A stretch of DNA of 64,000 nucleotides from Syntrophobacter sp. SbD2. GTDB lineage: Bacteria; Desulfobacterota; Binatia; UBA9968. The notes beneath the pieces are model-generated. The model saw only the letters and a list, made by a program, of their open reading frames with translations, was not told the origin of the DNA and made no database searches. The translations under genes were made by a program, and so were the position numbers. Every line of letters starts with the position of its first letter. Position 1 is the first letter of the stretch. This document shows positions 21,959 through 32,344 of the stretch, piece after piece. The stretch spans positions 17,877-81,876 of the forward strand of contig CAMDBU010000001.1 in the NCBI GenBank assembly GCA_945889495.1, in the 5' to 3' direction.

Positions 21959-23395
21959 ATGTCCAGATCCGAAGGTTCGTCATTGCGACGTTGTGTGATT
22001 TCGCTGCTGGCGATTGGCCTGGGGCTGTTTGGCTTAACCCTGCCAGGGCAGGCCGCCGCCGCCGGTTTGGCGGTCCTCGATGGCAACCGGCCGCCGTCCT
22101 TCGCTAGCATCGCCAAAAAGACCTCGCCGGTGGTGGTCAACATTTCGACGCTGACCCAGCGCACCCCGCGCTCCGGTTCCAACGATCCCATCGAAGATTT
22201 TTTCAATCGCTTCTTCGGCGAGTCGGCGCCGCGGGAAAACAACTCGCGCAGCTTGGGCTCGGGCATCTTGATCAGCCGCGACGGCGAGATTCTCACCAGT
22301 TATCATGTCGTGCGCAGCGCCGATACCATCAAAGTGAAACTGGGCGACCAGACCGAGCATGAAGCGCGCTTGATCGGCAAGGACGACCGCACCGATTTGG
22401 CGTTGATCAAGATTCGCCGGTCGGGCGGCAATCTGCCCTTCGCCAAACTCGGCAACTCGAGCCAACTGGAAGTCGGCGATTGGGTGATGGCGATCGGCAA
22501 TCCCTTCGGTCTCGAACATACCGTCACCGCCGGCATCGTCAGCGCCAAGGGGCGAGTGATCGGCGCTGGCCCCTACGACAACTTCATTCAGACCGATGCC
22601 TCGATCAACCCCGGCAACAGCGGCGGGCCGCTGATTAGCGCCGAGGGCGAAGTGATCGGCGTCAACACCGCGATCTTCAGTCAGTCCGGCGGCAACGTCG
22701 GCATCGGCTTCGCGATTCCCATCGATCTGGCGAAAAAAGTGTTGGAGCAGTTGCGCAAAAATGGCAAGGTCGTGCGCGGCTGGCTCGGCGTGCGCGCTCA
22801 GGATTTAAGTGCGACCCAGACCGCCGCCTTGGGCGTGACCCGCAGTCCCGCCGATCTGGCGATCGTCACCGAGGTCGCCGACAAGAGTCCGGCCGCCGAA
22901 GCCGGTATCAAGACCGGCGATGTGATCGTCGAGTTCAATGGCAAGCCTGTGCCCAAGAGCCATGAATTTCCCGCCGTCATCGCCGACATCGCGCCGGGAC
23001 AAAAGGTCTCGATCAAAATTCTCCGCGAGAAAAAAGAACAGACTGTCGGCGTGCGCATCGGTGAGCTCGCTGACGAGACCGATGGCAACCAGCAAGCCGA
23101 GGCGCGCGACGCCGAACTCGGCCTGCGCGTCCAGCGGATCACGCCGGAAGCGGCGCGCCGCCTGGGGCTGAGCTCAGCCAAAGGCGTGCTCGTGGTCGAA
23201 GTCCAGCCCGGCAGCCCCGCCGATCTGGTCGGCATCGAGCCCGCCGATGTGATCCGCGAGGTCAATCAGCGGCCGGTTTCCAATGTTAAGGAATTTGAAC
23301 GGGCGGCCCGGCAAGGCCGGCGCGGCGATCGCATCTTGCTGCTTGTGCAGCGGGGCGATAACGCGGTATTCTTCGCCGTGAAGCGGAAAGCTTAG
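21959..23395 (+). CDS. Do-family periplasmic serine endopeptidase (DegP/HtrA-like) with two PDZ domains.
   Basis: Signal peptide. Catalytic-triad context HVV…DLALIK…GNSGGPL. Two PDZ-like C-terminal regions. Confidence 0.85.
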   Translation: MSRSEGSSLRRCVISLLAIGLGLFGLTLPGQAAAAGLAVLDGNRPPSFASIAKKTSPVVVNISTLTQRTPRSGSNDPIEDFFNRFFGESAPRENNSRSLGSGILISRDGEILTSYHVVRSADTIKVKLGDQTEHEARLIGKDDRTDLALIKIRRSGGNLPFAKLGNSSQLEVGDWVMAIGNPFGLEHTVTAGIVSAKGRVIGAGPYDNFIQTDASINPGNSGGPLISAEGEVIGVNTAIFSQSGGNVGIGFAIPIDLAKKVLEQLRKNGKVVRGWLGVRAQDLSATQTAALGVTRSPADLAIVTEVADKSPAAEAGIKTGDVIVEFNGKPVPKSHEFPAVIADIAPGQKVSIKILREKKEQTVGVRIGELADETDGNQQAEARDAELGLRVQRITPEAARRLGLSSAKGVLVVEVQPGSPADLVGIEPADVIREVNQRPVSNVKEFERAARQGRRGDRILLLVQRGDNAVFFAVKRKA

Positions 23396-23403
23396 GAGGA
23401 TTC

Positions 23404-23592
23404 ATGTTTGGACTTGGCGTGCCGGAACTGATGGTGATCCTGGTGATCGCGCTGGTGATCTTCGGCCCGAGCAAGCTGCCGCAAATCGGCAGCGGGCTCG
23501 GCAAGGCGATTCGCGATTTCAAAAAAGGCGTGACCGAAAAGGAAGATGAAGAGGCCAACGCTAAAAAGGACAGCAAAGATCTACCCCGTTAA
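23404..23592 (+). CDS. tatA: Twin-arginine translocase subunit TatA/E, 62 aa.
   Basis: MFGLGVPELMVILVIALVIFGPSKLPQIGSGLGKAIRDFKKG is the TatA signature. RBS AGGAGGA. Confidence 0.85.
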   Translation: MFGLGVPELMVILVIALVIFGPSKLPQIGSGLGKAIRDFKKGVTEKEDEEANAKKDSKDLPR

Positions 23593-23776
23593 TCGCCGTC
23601 ATCACCTACCAGCGCAGCGTTCCGGTAAGTCTTCGATAAATACCGGTTGACGCTAAACTCCCGCTCAATGACTCGATCTTGACTCCAATAGATCGATCAG
23701 CCGATTACAATTACTGTGATTTTTCCTGTCGCGGATCGTGCCGATACTTGGCACGGTCGGGTGCTGGCGTGCGCGC

Positions 23777-24427
23777 TTAGAGCTCGCGCACCGGGTGGAA
23801 GCCGTTGGCGCTCTTGCGGCCGAGCACTACGGTGTAGAGCGAAGTCTTGCTGAGCTTGTAGACACTCTCGACGGTCAAACCGGTGCTGGCGATGAACGGC
23901 TTAAGCTTTAAGTCGGTGCGCCAGCCCAACCAGCGGGTCAGTGGATCGATGGCTCGGGTGACGGTGCCGATCACCGGCATATCGGTGGTGAAGTGATTCA
24001 AGATGACGATGCGGCCGCTCGGTTTGCACACCCGTTTGGCCTCGGCGATCATGCGGATTGGATCGGGCACCACGGTGACGACATGGAAAGCCATGACGTA
24101 ATCGAACGAGTTGTCGGCGAATTTCAGATTGAGCGCGTCCATTTCCATGACTTTGAAATGGTGCCAGCCGTTTTCGACGATCTTTTGCCGCGCCCGCGAT
24201 AGCATGTCTGGCGCCAGGTCGACGCCGGTGACTTCGCAGTGATTGGGATAGGCGGGGAACGATGTACCCGTGCCGGCGCCGATTTCGAGGATCTTGGCGC
24301 CCGCCGGGATGTCGAGATTTTCTATAACCCGTTCGATGCGATTGTAGAAGAGCTTGCCAAAGATGCGGTCGTAGAGCGGTGCAAACTCGCCGTAAAGTTT
24401 GCTCTCATGCGCTTCGATTTCAGCCAT
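23777..24427 (-). CDS. Class I SAM-dependent methyltransferase, 216 aa.
   Basis: Motif I ILEIGAGTG. Motif post-I VTGVDLAPDML. Confidence 0.7.
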   Translation of the reverse strand: MAEIEAHESKLYGEFAPLYDRIFGKLFYNRIERVIENLDIPAGAKILEIGAGTGTSFPAYPNHCEVTGVDLAPDMLSRARQKIVENGWHHFKVMEMDALNLKFADNSFDYVMAFHVVTVVPDPIRMIAEAKRVCKPSGRIVILNHFTTDMPVIGTVTRAIDPLTRWLGWRTDLKLKPFIASTGLTVESVYKLSKTSLYTVVLGRKSANGFHPVREL

Positions 24428-24456
24428 TCACCCCAACCCCAATCAACCACGTCCGG

Positions 24457-24651
24457 CTAGGCGTCGCGGATATCCCTCGGTTGCTTCTTGTAAAAAACCG
24501 AAATGTCGCGCTTGCGAAATCGCCATTGTTTGCCTTTTTTAAAGGCCGGGAGAATATTTTTACGGGCGAATTCATTGACAGTGTCGGGACTCATGTCGAG
24601 AATCACGGCGACTTGTTTGCTGTTGAGCAGTTCTTCTTCTCGTTCCACCAT
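24457..24651 (-). CDS. Helix-turn-helix DNA-binding protein, excisionase/MerR-like HTH_17 family (~65 aa from the internal ATG).
   Basis: …LLNSKQVAVILDMSPDTVNEFARKNILPAFKKGKQWRFRKRDI…. No integrase is nearby. Confidence 0.5.
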   Translation of the reverse strand: MVEREEELLNSKQVAVILDMSPDTVNEFARKNILPAFKKGKQWRFRKRDISVFYKKQPRDIRDA

Positions 24652-24885
24652 AGACTCTCCCTGCGCTAAACACCAGTAGGCCAAAAAGTTCGTTTTATCT
24701 AACAACTTCGTCTAGGGCTGTCAAGGCAAGAATGACATGCAAGAATGACATGACCGAGTTCGGCTGATGATTGTGCTTGTCAGCGGGCGATCGATTTCTG
24801 TATGGTAACGCCATCAAGGTTGGCTGACGCGCGGCCGGCGCGTCGATCCAGCTATATCACGAATGTTCACCGGAGGACTCCATTA

Positions 24886-26412
24886 ATGACCCGATTCAAT
24901 AAGCCAATCGCTTGCGCCGCCATCTTGGTCGTTTTTGCCGCTGTCGGCGCTAGCGGTTCAGGCCTCGCCCAAACTCGAGTCACCGTCGGCGTCACCGAGA
25001 CCATGGAGACCTTTCATCCCTACGGCGACAGCGTGGCGCTGCTCAATACCATTTGGTGCCAAGTCAACGGCTGCCTGGTGGGCTATGATTTCGACAAAGG
25101 CGATTACGTCGGCTTGCTCGCCGAACGTTGGGAGGTCAAAGGCGCCAACACCTGGATATTTCACCTGCGAAAAAATCTGCGTTTCCACGACGGCTCGCCG
25201 TTGACCGCGGCCGATGTCGTGCACTCCTATAAACGGGTGAGCACCGATCCGCTGAGTAAGCAGGGCGCCAATGTCGCGCCTATCGCCAGCGCCGAAGCGC
25301 TCGATGCCACGACGGTGAAATTCACCACCAAGGAAGCGACTGCGCCGTTGCTGGAATATATCTCGGACAAATTTTCCATCACCAGCAAAGCGGTCTACGA
25401 CAAATATGGCCCGGAGGTGGGCGACCGCAAATTTCCCATCGGTGCCGGCCCCTATAAGTTCAAGGAACTGCTCCCCGGCCAACATTTCGTCATCGCGAAA
25501 AATCCCGACCATCCCGAGGCCAAGAAAAATCCCCAGGCGCCCGATGAGCTGGTTTACCGGGTTATGCGCGAGCCCGAGCAGCGCATCACCGCGCTACTCA
25601 ACGGCGAGATCCAGATCGCCCAGTTCGTGCCGCCGCATCTGCGCGAGCGCGTCGAAGGCCATGCCAACAGCAAGTTAACTTCAGTGGACTCCATGGAGAT
25701 CATGTTCTTGGCCATGAGTCCCAAGACCAAGCCTTGGGACAACAAATTGATGCGCCAAGCAGTGGCCTACGCCATCGACCGTGACGCGATTATCGCGACG
25801 CTGCTGCGCGGCCAAGCCACGCGCCTCGACGGACCCATCGGCCGGGGCCAATACGGCTTCGATGCGAAATTGAAACCCAAATATGAATTCAACCTCGAAA
25901 AGGCGCGCCAACTGGTCAAACAAGCGGGTTACCCCAACGGTGTCGATGTGGAATTTTCCACGCCAGTGAGCCGTTACACCTTGGACAAGCAAATCTCCGA
26001 AGCGATTGTGCCGATGCTCAACGCAGCCGGTATCCGGGCCAAGTTGCAAACACCTGAGTGGGCGACGCTATGGGCCAATGTCCAGCAGGGCAAAGTGCCT
26101 TTTTACTACATGGGGCGCGGCGGCATCATCGATCCGAGCCCGGCGCTGGGGCAATATTTCGAAACCGGCGGTTCGCCGCGCATCGGTTACTCGAACCCGC
26201 AGTTGGACAAACTGCTCGCCCAGGAGCGTCAGACCTTCAACGCCGCCAAGCGTAAACAAGTGCTCGCCCAAGCGATGAGCTTGATCACCGAAGACGCCCC
26301 GGCGCATTTTCTCTGGCGCCACCAACTCACCGATGGGGTCAGCAAGACCATCGAGTACAAAGCGCGCCCCGACCTGCGCGTGTTCGGCTTGAATATCAAA
26401 GTGCTGCGCTAG
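24886..26412 (+). CDS. ABC transporter substrate-binding protein, family 5 (peptide/nickel type). An orphan.
   Basis: RBS GGAGGA. Signal peptide. ~510 aa, with the family-5 conservation pattern. Confidence 0.75.
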   Translation: MTRFNKPIACAAILVVFAAVGASGSGLAQTRVTVGVTETMETFHPYGDSVALLNTIWCQVNGCLVGYDFDKGDYVGLLAERWEVKGANTWIFHLRKNLRFHDGSPLTAADVVHSYKRVSTDPLSKQGANVAPIASAEALDATTVKFTTKEATAPLLEYISDKFSITSKAVYDKYGPEVGDRKFPIGAGPYKFKELLPGQHFVIAKNPDHPEAKKNPQAPDELVYRVMREPEQRITALLNGEIQIAQFVPPHLRERVEGHANSKLTSVDSMEIMFLAMSPKTKPWDNKLMRQAVAYAIDRDAIIATLLRGQATRLDGPIGRGQYGFDAKLKPKYEFNLEKARQLVKQAGYPNGVDVEFSTPVSRYTLDKQISEAIVPMLNAAGIRAKLQTPEWATLWANVQQGKVPFYYMGRGGIIDPSPALGQYFETGGSPRIGYSNPQLDKLLAQERQTFNAAKRKQVLAQAMSLITEDAPAHFLWRHQLTDGVSKTIEYKARPDLRVFGLNIKVLR

Positions 26413-26719
26413 CGCGGCGCAGTGGCCAGGGATTGCGGTTCAGTCTGAGTCAGACGCTCATCATCGTGCTCAGCAAGACATCTCGTCGCGTCGAAATGAT
26501 GGCGGACGAGCCCAATTGTTATGTCGAAACCAGCGAACGGTCTTGGGCCGACGGCATACCAGCCAAGATTGACCACGCTAGCCCTAGTGGAGTCACCCCC
26601 GGAGACCTGTCTACAACAATTTCCCGGTCCGCGTGCGGCGCTGGCCTTTCTTGCACAAGCCAATTCAAACTGACAATCTAAATTCAACTAATCAGATTCC
26701 GAGGTGCTCGTTTCAATCC

Positions 26720-28405
26720 ATGGCTACTACAGAACCCAATAAAATTATCTACTCGATGGTCGGCGTCGGCAAGAATTACGACAAGCGCGCGGTGTTGAAA
26801 GACATCTACCTCTCTTACTTCTACGGTGCCAAGATCGGTGTTATCGGACTCAACGGCTCGGGCAAGTCGTCGCTGCTCAAGATCATGGCCGGGGTCGACA
26901 AGGAATTTAACGGTGAGGCGATGCTATCGCCGGGTTACACGGTGGGCTTCCTGCAACAGGAACCGCTGATCGACGACGCCCGCACGGTACGCCAGGTAGT
27001 CGAAGAGGCGGTGCAAGAGACCGTCAACCTGCTCAAGGAATTCGAAGCGATCAACGCCAAGTTCGCCGAGGAAATGTCCGACGATGAGATGAACAAACTG
27101 CTCGAGCGCCAGGGCGAAGTGCAGGAGAAGCTCGATCATCTCGATGCCTGGGATCTCGACGCGCGCTTGGAGATGGCGATGGATGCGTTACGCTGTCCGC
27201 CGTCGGACACGCCGGTGAAGATTTTATCCGGCGGCGAGCGCCGCCGCGTCGCGCTCTGCCGCTTGCTGTTGCAGAAGCCGGATATTCTCCTGCTCGACGA
27301 GCCGACCAACCATCTCGACGCCGAGTCGGTGGCCTGGCTCGAACATCATTTACAGAGTTACGCCGGCACGGTCATTGCCGTCACCCATGACCGTTATTTC
27401 CTCGACAACGTCGCCGGTTGGATCTTGGAACTCGACCGCGGCCAGGGCATCCCGTTCAAGGGCAATTACACTTCCTGGCTGGAGCAAAAACAGGAACGGC
27501 TGCGCCAGCAGGAAAAGTCCGAGAGCGAACGGCAGAAAACTTTACAGCGCGAGCTCGAATGGATTCGCATGTCGCCCAAGGCGCGCCAGTCGAAAGGCAA
27601 GGCGCGCATCACCGCCTATGAAGCGCTGCTCGACCAAGAGTCGCAAAAGCGGCGCGAGGATTTGGAAATCCCGATCCCCGCCGGGCCGCGGTTGGGCAAT
27701 GTCGTCATCGAAGCCGACAAGGTCAGCAAAGCCTACGGCGATAACCTGCTGGTCGATGGCATGACTTTCAAGCTGCCGCCCGGCGGCATCGTCGGTGTCA
27801 TCGGCCCCAACGGCGCCGGCAAGACGACCTTGTTCCGCATGATCACCGGCCAGGAGAAACCCGACAGCGGCAAGATCCGCATTGGCGAAACCGTCCAGTT
27901 GGCCTACGTCGACCAGAGCCGCACCCTCGATCCCAATAAAAACATCTGGGAAGAAATCTCCGGCGGCAACGATTTACTGAAGATCGGCAGCCGCGAGGTC
28001 AACTCGCGTGCCTATGTGGCGCGATTTAATTTCTCCGGCACCGACCAGCAGAAAAAAGTCGGCAGCCTATCGGGCGGCGAGCGCAACCGCGTGCACTTGG
28101 CGAAAATGTTGAAGGAAGGCGCCAACGTCATCCTGCTCGACGAGCCGACCAACGACCTCGATGTGAATACCCTGCGCGCGCTGGAAGAAGCGCTGGAGAA
28201 TTTCGCCGGCTGCGCCGTGGTGATTTCCCATGACCGCTGGTTCCTCGACCGCATCGCGACGCATATCCTAGCCTTCGAAGGCGACAGCAAAGTGGTGTGG
28301 TTCGACGGCAACTATTCCGACTACGAAGCCGACCGCAAAGCGCGTCTGGGTGCCGACGCCGAGCAACCGCACCGCATTAAGTACCGGCCACTGACGCGCC
28401 AATAG
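26720..28405 (+). CDS. ettA: Energy-dependent translational throttle protein EttA (ABC-F ATPase).
   Basis: Two ABC cassettes (GLNGSGKSS…[11 protein letters not shown]; GPNGAGKTT…[11 protein letters not shown]) plus an arm insertion. 561 aa. Confidence 0.9.
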   Translation: MATTEPNKIIYSMVGVGKNYDKRAVLKDIYLSYFYGAKIGVIGLNGSGKSSLLKIMAGVDKEFNGEAMLSPGYTVGFLQQEPLIDDARTVRQVVEEAVQETVNLLKEFEAINAKFAEEMSDDEMNKLLERQGEVQEKLDHLDAWDLDARLEMAMDALRCPPSDTPVKILSGGERRRVALCRLLLQKPDILLLDEPTNHLDAESVAWLEHHLQSYAGTVIAVTHDRYFLDNVAGWILELDRGQGIPFKGNYTSWLEQKQERLRQQEKSESERQKTLQRELEWIRMSPKARQSKGKARITAYEALLDQESQKRREDLEIPIPAGPRLGNVVIEADKVSKAYGDNLLVDGMTFKLPPGGIVGVIGPNGAGKTTLFRMITGQEKPDSGKIRIGETVQLAYVDQSRTLDPNKNIWEEISGGNDLLKIGSREVNSRAYVARFNFSGTDQQKKVGSLSGGERNRVHLAKMLKEGANVILLDEPTNDLDVNTLRALEEALENFAGCAVVISHDRWFLDRIATHILAFEGDSKVVWFDGNYSDYEADRKARLGADAEQPHRIKYRPLTRQ

Positions 28406-28466
28406 TAACCGTGAAAAAGCACCTGGCGCCATGGCATCGAGCGCCGGGGGAGCCGGAGGTCCAACC

Positions 28467-28880
28467 ATGTGCAAATATTGCGACCTGTCGGAAACCAAGA
28501 TCGAAAAACTCGACGACGACGAAGAAGAATCTCCTTGCGAATGGGTATCGGAAGAGTCTGGCCCTGGCGTTTGCGATGAGCCGGCGGCCTACGTGGTCTC
28601 CGATTGGTTCGTCTACGATCACCTGTGCGCAGCCCATAAGCTCGAGGTCGAACCAGAGATGGCCGAAGGGCTCGGCGAGTTCATCGAAGCCGTGGGCTTT
28701 CAGTCGCAATACGAAATCAAAGCCATCGACGACGACGAAACCTGCGACTACATGGATTTTGACCAACCGGGTTGGCAACGCTGCGGCAAGAAGGCCGGTT
28801 ACGCCAACTACCTACTGGACACCGCGCTGCTATGCCCAGAGCATGCCGCGGAAGCGCAAAGCGACGCGGAAAAAACCTGA
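28467..28880 (+). CDS. Hypothetical acidic Cys-rich protein, 137 aa.
   Basis: RBS GGAGG then ATG 28467. MCKYCDL…, several CxxC/C…C pairs, and Asp/Glu runs (DDDEEE). Confidence 0.45.
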   Translation: MCKYCDLSETKIEKLDDDEEESPCEWVSEESGPGVCDEPAAYVVSDWFVYDHLCAAHKLEVEPEMAEGLGEFIEAVGFQSQYEIKAIDDDETCDYMDFDQPGWQRCGKKAGYANYLLDTALLCPEHAAEAQSDAEKT

Positions 28881-29159
28881 GCGCCGGTTAAGCCGCATAA
28901 TAAGAAATCTCGCCACTTTGGCCGTTCCGTGGGAATCCAAAGGTACTTGAACATCCTCTTCGGTCCCAAGTGGGGTGACAAACCCTAGTCGAGATATCCG
29001 CCTGTTGGTCGCTTTTGTTGGCGGCTTGACGATCGGCTCGGCGTATCGTCGTGGATCTCCTAGAGGCCGGTCCCCGCTCTAACAAGTTTTGCTAGCCGCA
29101 CCGCGGGATTCTCGCCGATCTGCTCTTGGCGCGTCGCTTTCAAAGGGCTATGATGCCGC

Positions 29160-30185
29160 ATGATGATTTCTCGGCTCGTTCACTTCCGGCGGATATTTTC
29201 CCTCGGCTTCGCTATCGGATTGGCGGTTTGCGTTGGCGCTGTCGCGCGCGCAGCGGATAGTCCGAAGAAATTGCGCTTGGCCTATGCCGGTTGGGAAATC
29301 GGCACGGCGGTGGCCTATATCGGTGTCGACTCGGGTTTGTTCAAGCAGCATGGTTTGGACGTCGAGGAGTTGCCGATCCGCGATACCTTGAGCGCCGGCG
29401 TGCAATCGCTGTTGGGTGTCGATTTGTTGATCGGATTCGGCAATCCGCTGGCGGTGGTGCAGCCGCTGGCCAGCGGCTGCGATATCGCCGTCATCGGTTC
29501 TCACGTCAGCTTCGATCAGTATGGCATGGGCGTGGCGTCGAGCATCGAAGCGGTTAAAGATCTCAAGGGCCAAAAGGTCGGTGTCGCCGCCCTCGGCGCG
29601 CGTTCGGATTTGATCGCCCGGGTGATGTTGCGCCGAGCCGGCCTCGACGCGTCGAAGGACGTCGAAGTGGTGGCCGCCGGGCTGGCGCCGCAGCGGGCCT
29701 TGGCACTGACCAAGAATCTGGTCCAGGGCGCGCCGCTGCGCGAAGATCTCATCGCCGAGGCGAAAAAAGCTGGGATCAAAATTCTCGAGGTCAAAAGCGT
29801 GCCGGTGGTCACCGATTTGCTGATGACCACCCGGTCATTCATCAAGCGCGATGAAGAAACCATTCGGCGCTTCATGAAAGGCTACGCCGCGGCGATCCAT
29901 CACTTCATATCCAAGCGCACCGAGAGCTTGGCGATCCTGAAAAAATATTTCCCCGGCACCCAAGGCATCTCGGTGGACACTATGTATGACGCCTACTCTG
30001 CCCAGCTCCGGCCGCTGCCGGAACTCAACAACGAATCGCTCCAGGCGCTGATGGATGTCAGCGCCGGCGCTGACCGGCGCGCCAGCAAGCTCAAACCGGC
30101 GGATCTCACCGACTCGCGCTTTTTCGACGAGCTCAAGAACAGCAAATTCTTGAAGGATCTTTACGTCGAGAAGGTTAGTTTATAG
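29160..30185 (+). CDS. NMT1/THI5-like ABC substrate-binding protein. An orphan.
   Basis: Signal peptide. The conservation pattern is shared with 15796-16794. Confidence 0.7.
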   Translation: MMISRLVHFRRIFSLGFAIGLAVCVGAVARAADSPKKLRLAYAGWEIGTAVAYIGVDSGLFKQHGLDVEELPIRDTLSAGVQSLLGVDLLIGFGNPLAVVQPLASGCDIAVIGSHVSFDQYGMGVASSIEAVKDLKGQKVGVAALGARSDLIARVMLRRAGLDASKDVEVVAAGLAPQRALALTKNLVQGAPLREDLIAEAKKAGIKILEVKSVPVVTDLLMTTRSFIKRDEETIRRFMKGYAAAIHHFISKRTESLAILKKYFPGTQGISVDTMYDAYSAQLRPLPELNNESLQALMDVSAGADRRASKLKPADLTDSRFFDELKNSKFLKDLYVEKVSL

Positions 30186-30336
30186 CTATATCTAGTTGCG
30201 AGTTTCGGGTTTTGAGTTTCGGGTTACATCCCGCCATCGAGTCATTCTTTTACCTTGTTTGGGCAGGCGTCGGGCTGGTGGAAGTTTCGCGGCCCTTTTG
30301 ATATGCAGCAGAGAACAAATTCAAGCGGAGGAACTC

Positions 30337-31083
30337 ATGAGACTTAAAGATCAAGTGGCGATTGTCACCGGCGCGGGCCGCAACATTGGCGAAGACGTGG
30401 CCAAGCTGTTTGTCGCCGAAGGCGCGAAAGTTGCTGTGGTCGATATGGACCCAGGCCGTGGCAGCGCCGTGGCGGCGGAGATCAACGCGAAAAATCCCGG
30501 CAAAGCGATTTCGGTCGTTTGCGATTGCGCCAACGCGGCGTCGGTCAATAGCATGGTCGATACCGTGGTGAAGGCCTTCGGCGGCGTCGATATTTTAGTC
30601 AACAACGCGGCCTGGACCGATCACAAGACGATCTTCGATATCACCGAAGAAGAGTGGGACCGGACCATGAACGTGTGCATGCGCAGCGTCTGGTACTGCA
30701 CCAGGGCGGCGGCCAAGGTGATGATCGATCAGAAGCGCAAAGGGCGCATCGTCAACATCGCGTCCACTTCGGGCCACTGGGGCCGAAAGGAAGCGACGGC
30801 CTACACCACGGCAAAGGCCGGTGTGTTGAACCTAACCCGTTCCATCGCCGTGCAGCTGGCGCCGGAAGGGATTCGCGTCAATTCGGTTTCACCCAACCGC
30901 ATCGGCTCACCGGTGGGCCAGCAAGACATTCCGGAAAATCGCTTCGTGAAAAACCTGGCCGGCCGGCGCGGCGTGCCGATGGACATCGCCAAAGCGGTGG
31001 TATTCATGGTCTCCGACGAGTCGGAGTTCATCTATGCCATCGACCTGCCGGTGGACGGCGGCGCGTTGGCGATCCGCGATTAG
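30337..31083 (+). CDS. SDR-family oxidoreductase (short-chain dehydrogenase), 248 aa.
   Basis: TGAGRNIGE (TGxxxGxG). NNAA. Catalytic Y…K (YTTAKAG). RBS GGAGGA. Confidence 0.85.
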   Translation: MRLKDQVAIVTGAGRNIGEDVAKLFVAEGAKVAVVDMDPGRGSAVAAEINAKNPGKAISVVCDCANAASVNSMVDTVVKAFGGVDILVNNAAWTDHKTIFDITEEEWDRTMNVCMRSVWYCTRAAAKVMIDQKRKGRIVNIASTSGHWGRKEATAYTTAKAGVLNLTRSIAVQLAPEGIRVNSVSPNRIGSPVGQQDIPENRFVKNLAGRRGVPMDIAKAVVFMVSDESEFIYAIDLPVDGGALAIRD

Positions 31084-31103
31084 TGTTTAAGTTCGAACGC
31101 ATG

Positions 31104-31143
31104 AAGGCGGTGGAGCTTTTGCGGCTTCACCGCCTTTTTTTGC
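31104..31143 (+). terminator. Rho-independent terminator after the SDR gene.
   Basis: AAGGCGGTG…CACCGCCTT stem followed by TTTTTTTG. Confidence 0.5.
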
Positions 31144-31207
31144 TTCGGACTCGGAAAGTCTCACCACAGAGCGCACAGAGATCACAGAGTAAGGAATTTC
31201 GCACGTA

Positions 31208-31232
31208 GGGGGCGGGTTTTAAACCCGCCCCC
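31208..31232. repeat. Perfect palindrome GGGGGCGGGTTTTAAACCCGCCCCC followed by TTTT. Its 19-nt core is repeated at 54174-54197.
   Basis: An identical core GGCGGGTTTTAAACCCGCC is seen at both loci, each upstream of a + strand gene. Confidence 0.55.
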
Positions 31233-31294
31233 TTTTGCTCGCGTTGACAGTCTTTCGCTTGATCGGATAACTTCGTCTTAAAGAGGAGCCCACC

Positions 31295-32332
31295 ATGAAT
31301 GAAACTCCGATCCAACCAGCGGTTCAGCCCGATGCTACTTTGAAGTCGACACCGGAGACGATTCTCTGGGGCTATATCGCGGCCAATTTGGCGCCGGCGT
31401 TGACCGTCAAGTCGGGGCAGATCGTCGAGATCGAGGCGCTGTCGCACCAGGGGCTCACCACCAACAAGGACCCGGAAAAGTTTTTCGCCGGCTACGGCAT
31501 TCCCGGCAGTGAAGTGTTGGGCGATGCGAAAAATATTTACGCCGAGGTGAAGCGGCCCAAGGGCGCCGCCGTGCATATTCTCACCGGGCCGATTTATGTC
31601 GAGGGCGCGGAACCGGGTGACACGTTGGAAATCCGCGTTCACGACATCAAGTTTCGCGTGCCCTACGGCGTCAACAACACCGGGCCGGGCAAGGGCGTGT
31701 TGCCCAAGCTGCTCAAAGATCCAATCGCGAAACTCATTCGCATCGACCTCGAACGGCGCGTGGCGCTGTTTTCCGACGATATTCAGATCCCACTGAGTCC
31801 GTTCATGGGCATCATGGCGGTGTCGCCGCCGACCAGCTTGGGCATGGTGTCCTCCACGCCGCCGGGCGCCTGGGGTGGCAACATCGATCTGAAATACACC
31901 GGCATCGGCTCGTCGTTGTTCCTGCCGGTGTTCAACCGGGGCGGACAGTTTTTCACCGGCGACGGCCACGCCGTGCAGGGCGACGGCGAAGTGGACGGCG
32001 GCGCCATTGAAATATCGCTCAAGCCGACGCTGCAATTCATCGTTCACAAGGGCAAGACGCTCAAGCAGCCGCGGGTCGAAACCGCGACCGATTATCTCAC
32101 GACCGGTCTCGACGTCGACTTGAACGTCGCCACCCGCATCGCCATGCAAGAAGCGGTGGATTTTCTCCAAGCGGAAAAGGGGCTGAGCGCGGCGGACGCC
32201 TACGCGCTGTCGAGCCTGGCGGTGGATTTAGGCATTGGCGAAGCGGTCGACATAGTAAATCTAGTCTACGCCAAGATTCCCAAGAATATTTTTAAGAGCA
32301 ATCCGCCCTTCTGGTATCGCCCGGAGAAATAA
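31295..32332 (+). CDS. Acetamidase/formamidase family protein (FmdA_AmdA), 345 aa.
   Basis: Length and conserved blocks typical of PF03069 (…GPIYVEGAEPGDTLEIRVHDI…). Confidence 0.7.
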   Translation: MNETPIQPAVQPDATLKSTPETILWGYIAANLAPALTVKSGQIVEIEALSHQGLTTNKDPEKFFAGYGIPGSEVLGDAKNIYAEVKRPKGAAVHILTGPIYVEGAEPGDTLEIRVHDIKFRVPYGVNNTGPGKGVLPKLLKDPIAKLIRIDLERRVALFSDDIQIPLSPFMGIMAVSPPTSLGMVSSTPPGAWGGNIDLKYTGIGSSLFLPVFNRGGQFFTGDGHAVQGDGEVDGGAIEISLKPTLQFIVHKGKTLKQPRVETATDYLTTGLDVDLNVATRIAMQEAVDFLQAEKGLSAADAYALSSLAVDLGIGEAVDIVNLVYAKIPKNIFKSNPPFWYRPEK

Positions 32333-32344
32333 CCGACGCAGGGA

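Noticed and set aside
24457-24705. The excisionase-family HTH gene considered as a sign of a prophage or integrative element.
   Set aside because: No integrase, recombinase, tRNA target or phage gene is present in the window. It is treated as a stand-alone regulator.
31127-32170. A 347-aa minus-strand ORF.
   Set aside because: It is antisense to the formamidase gene and has an Arg/Gly-rich artefact composition.
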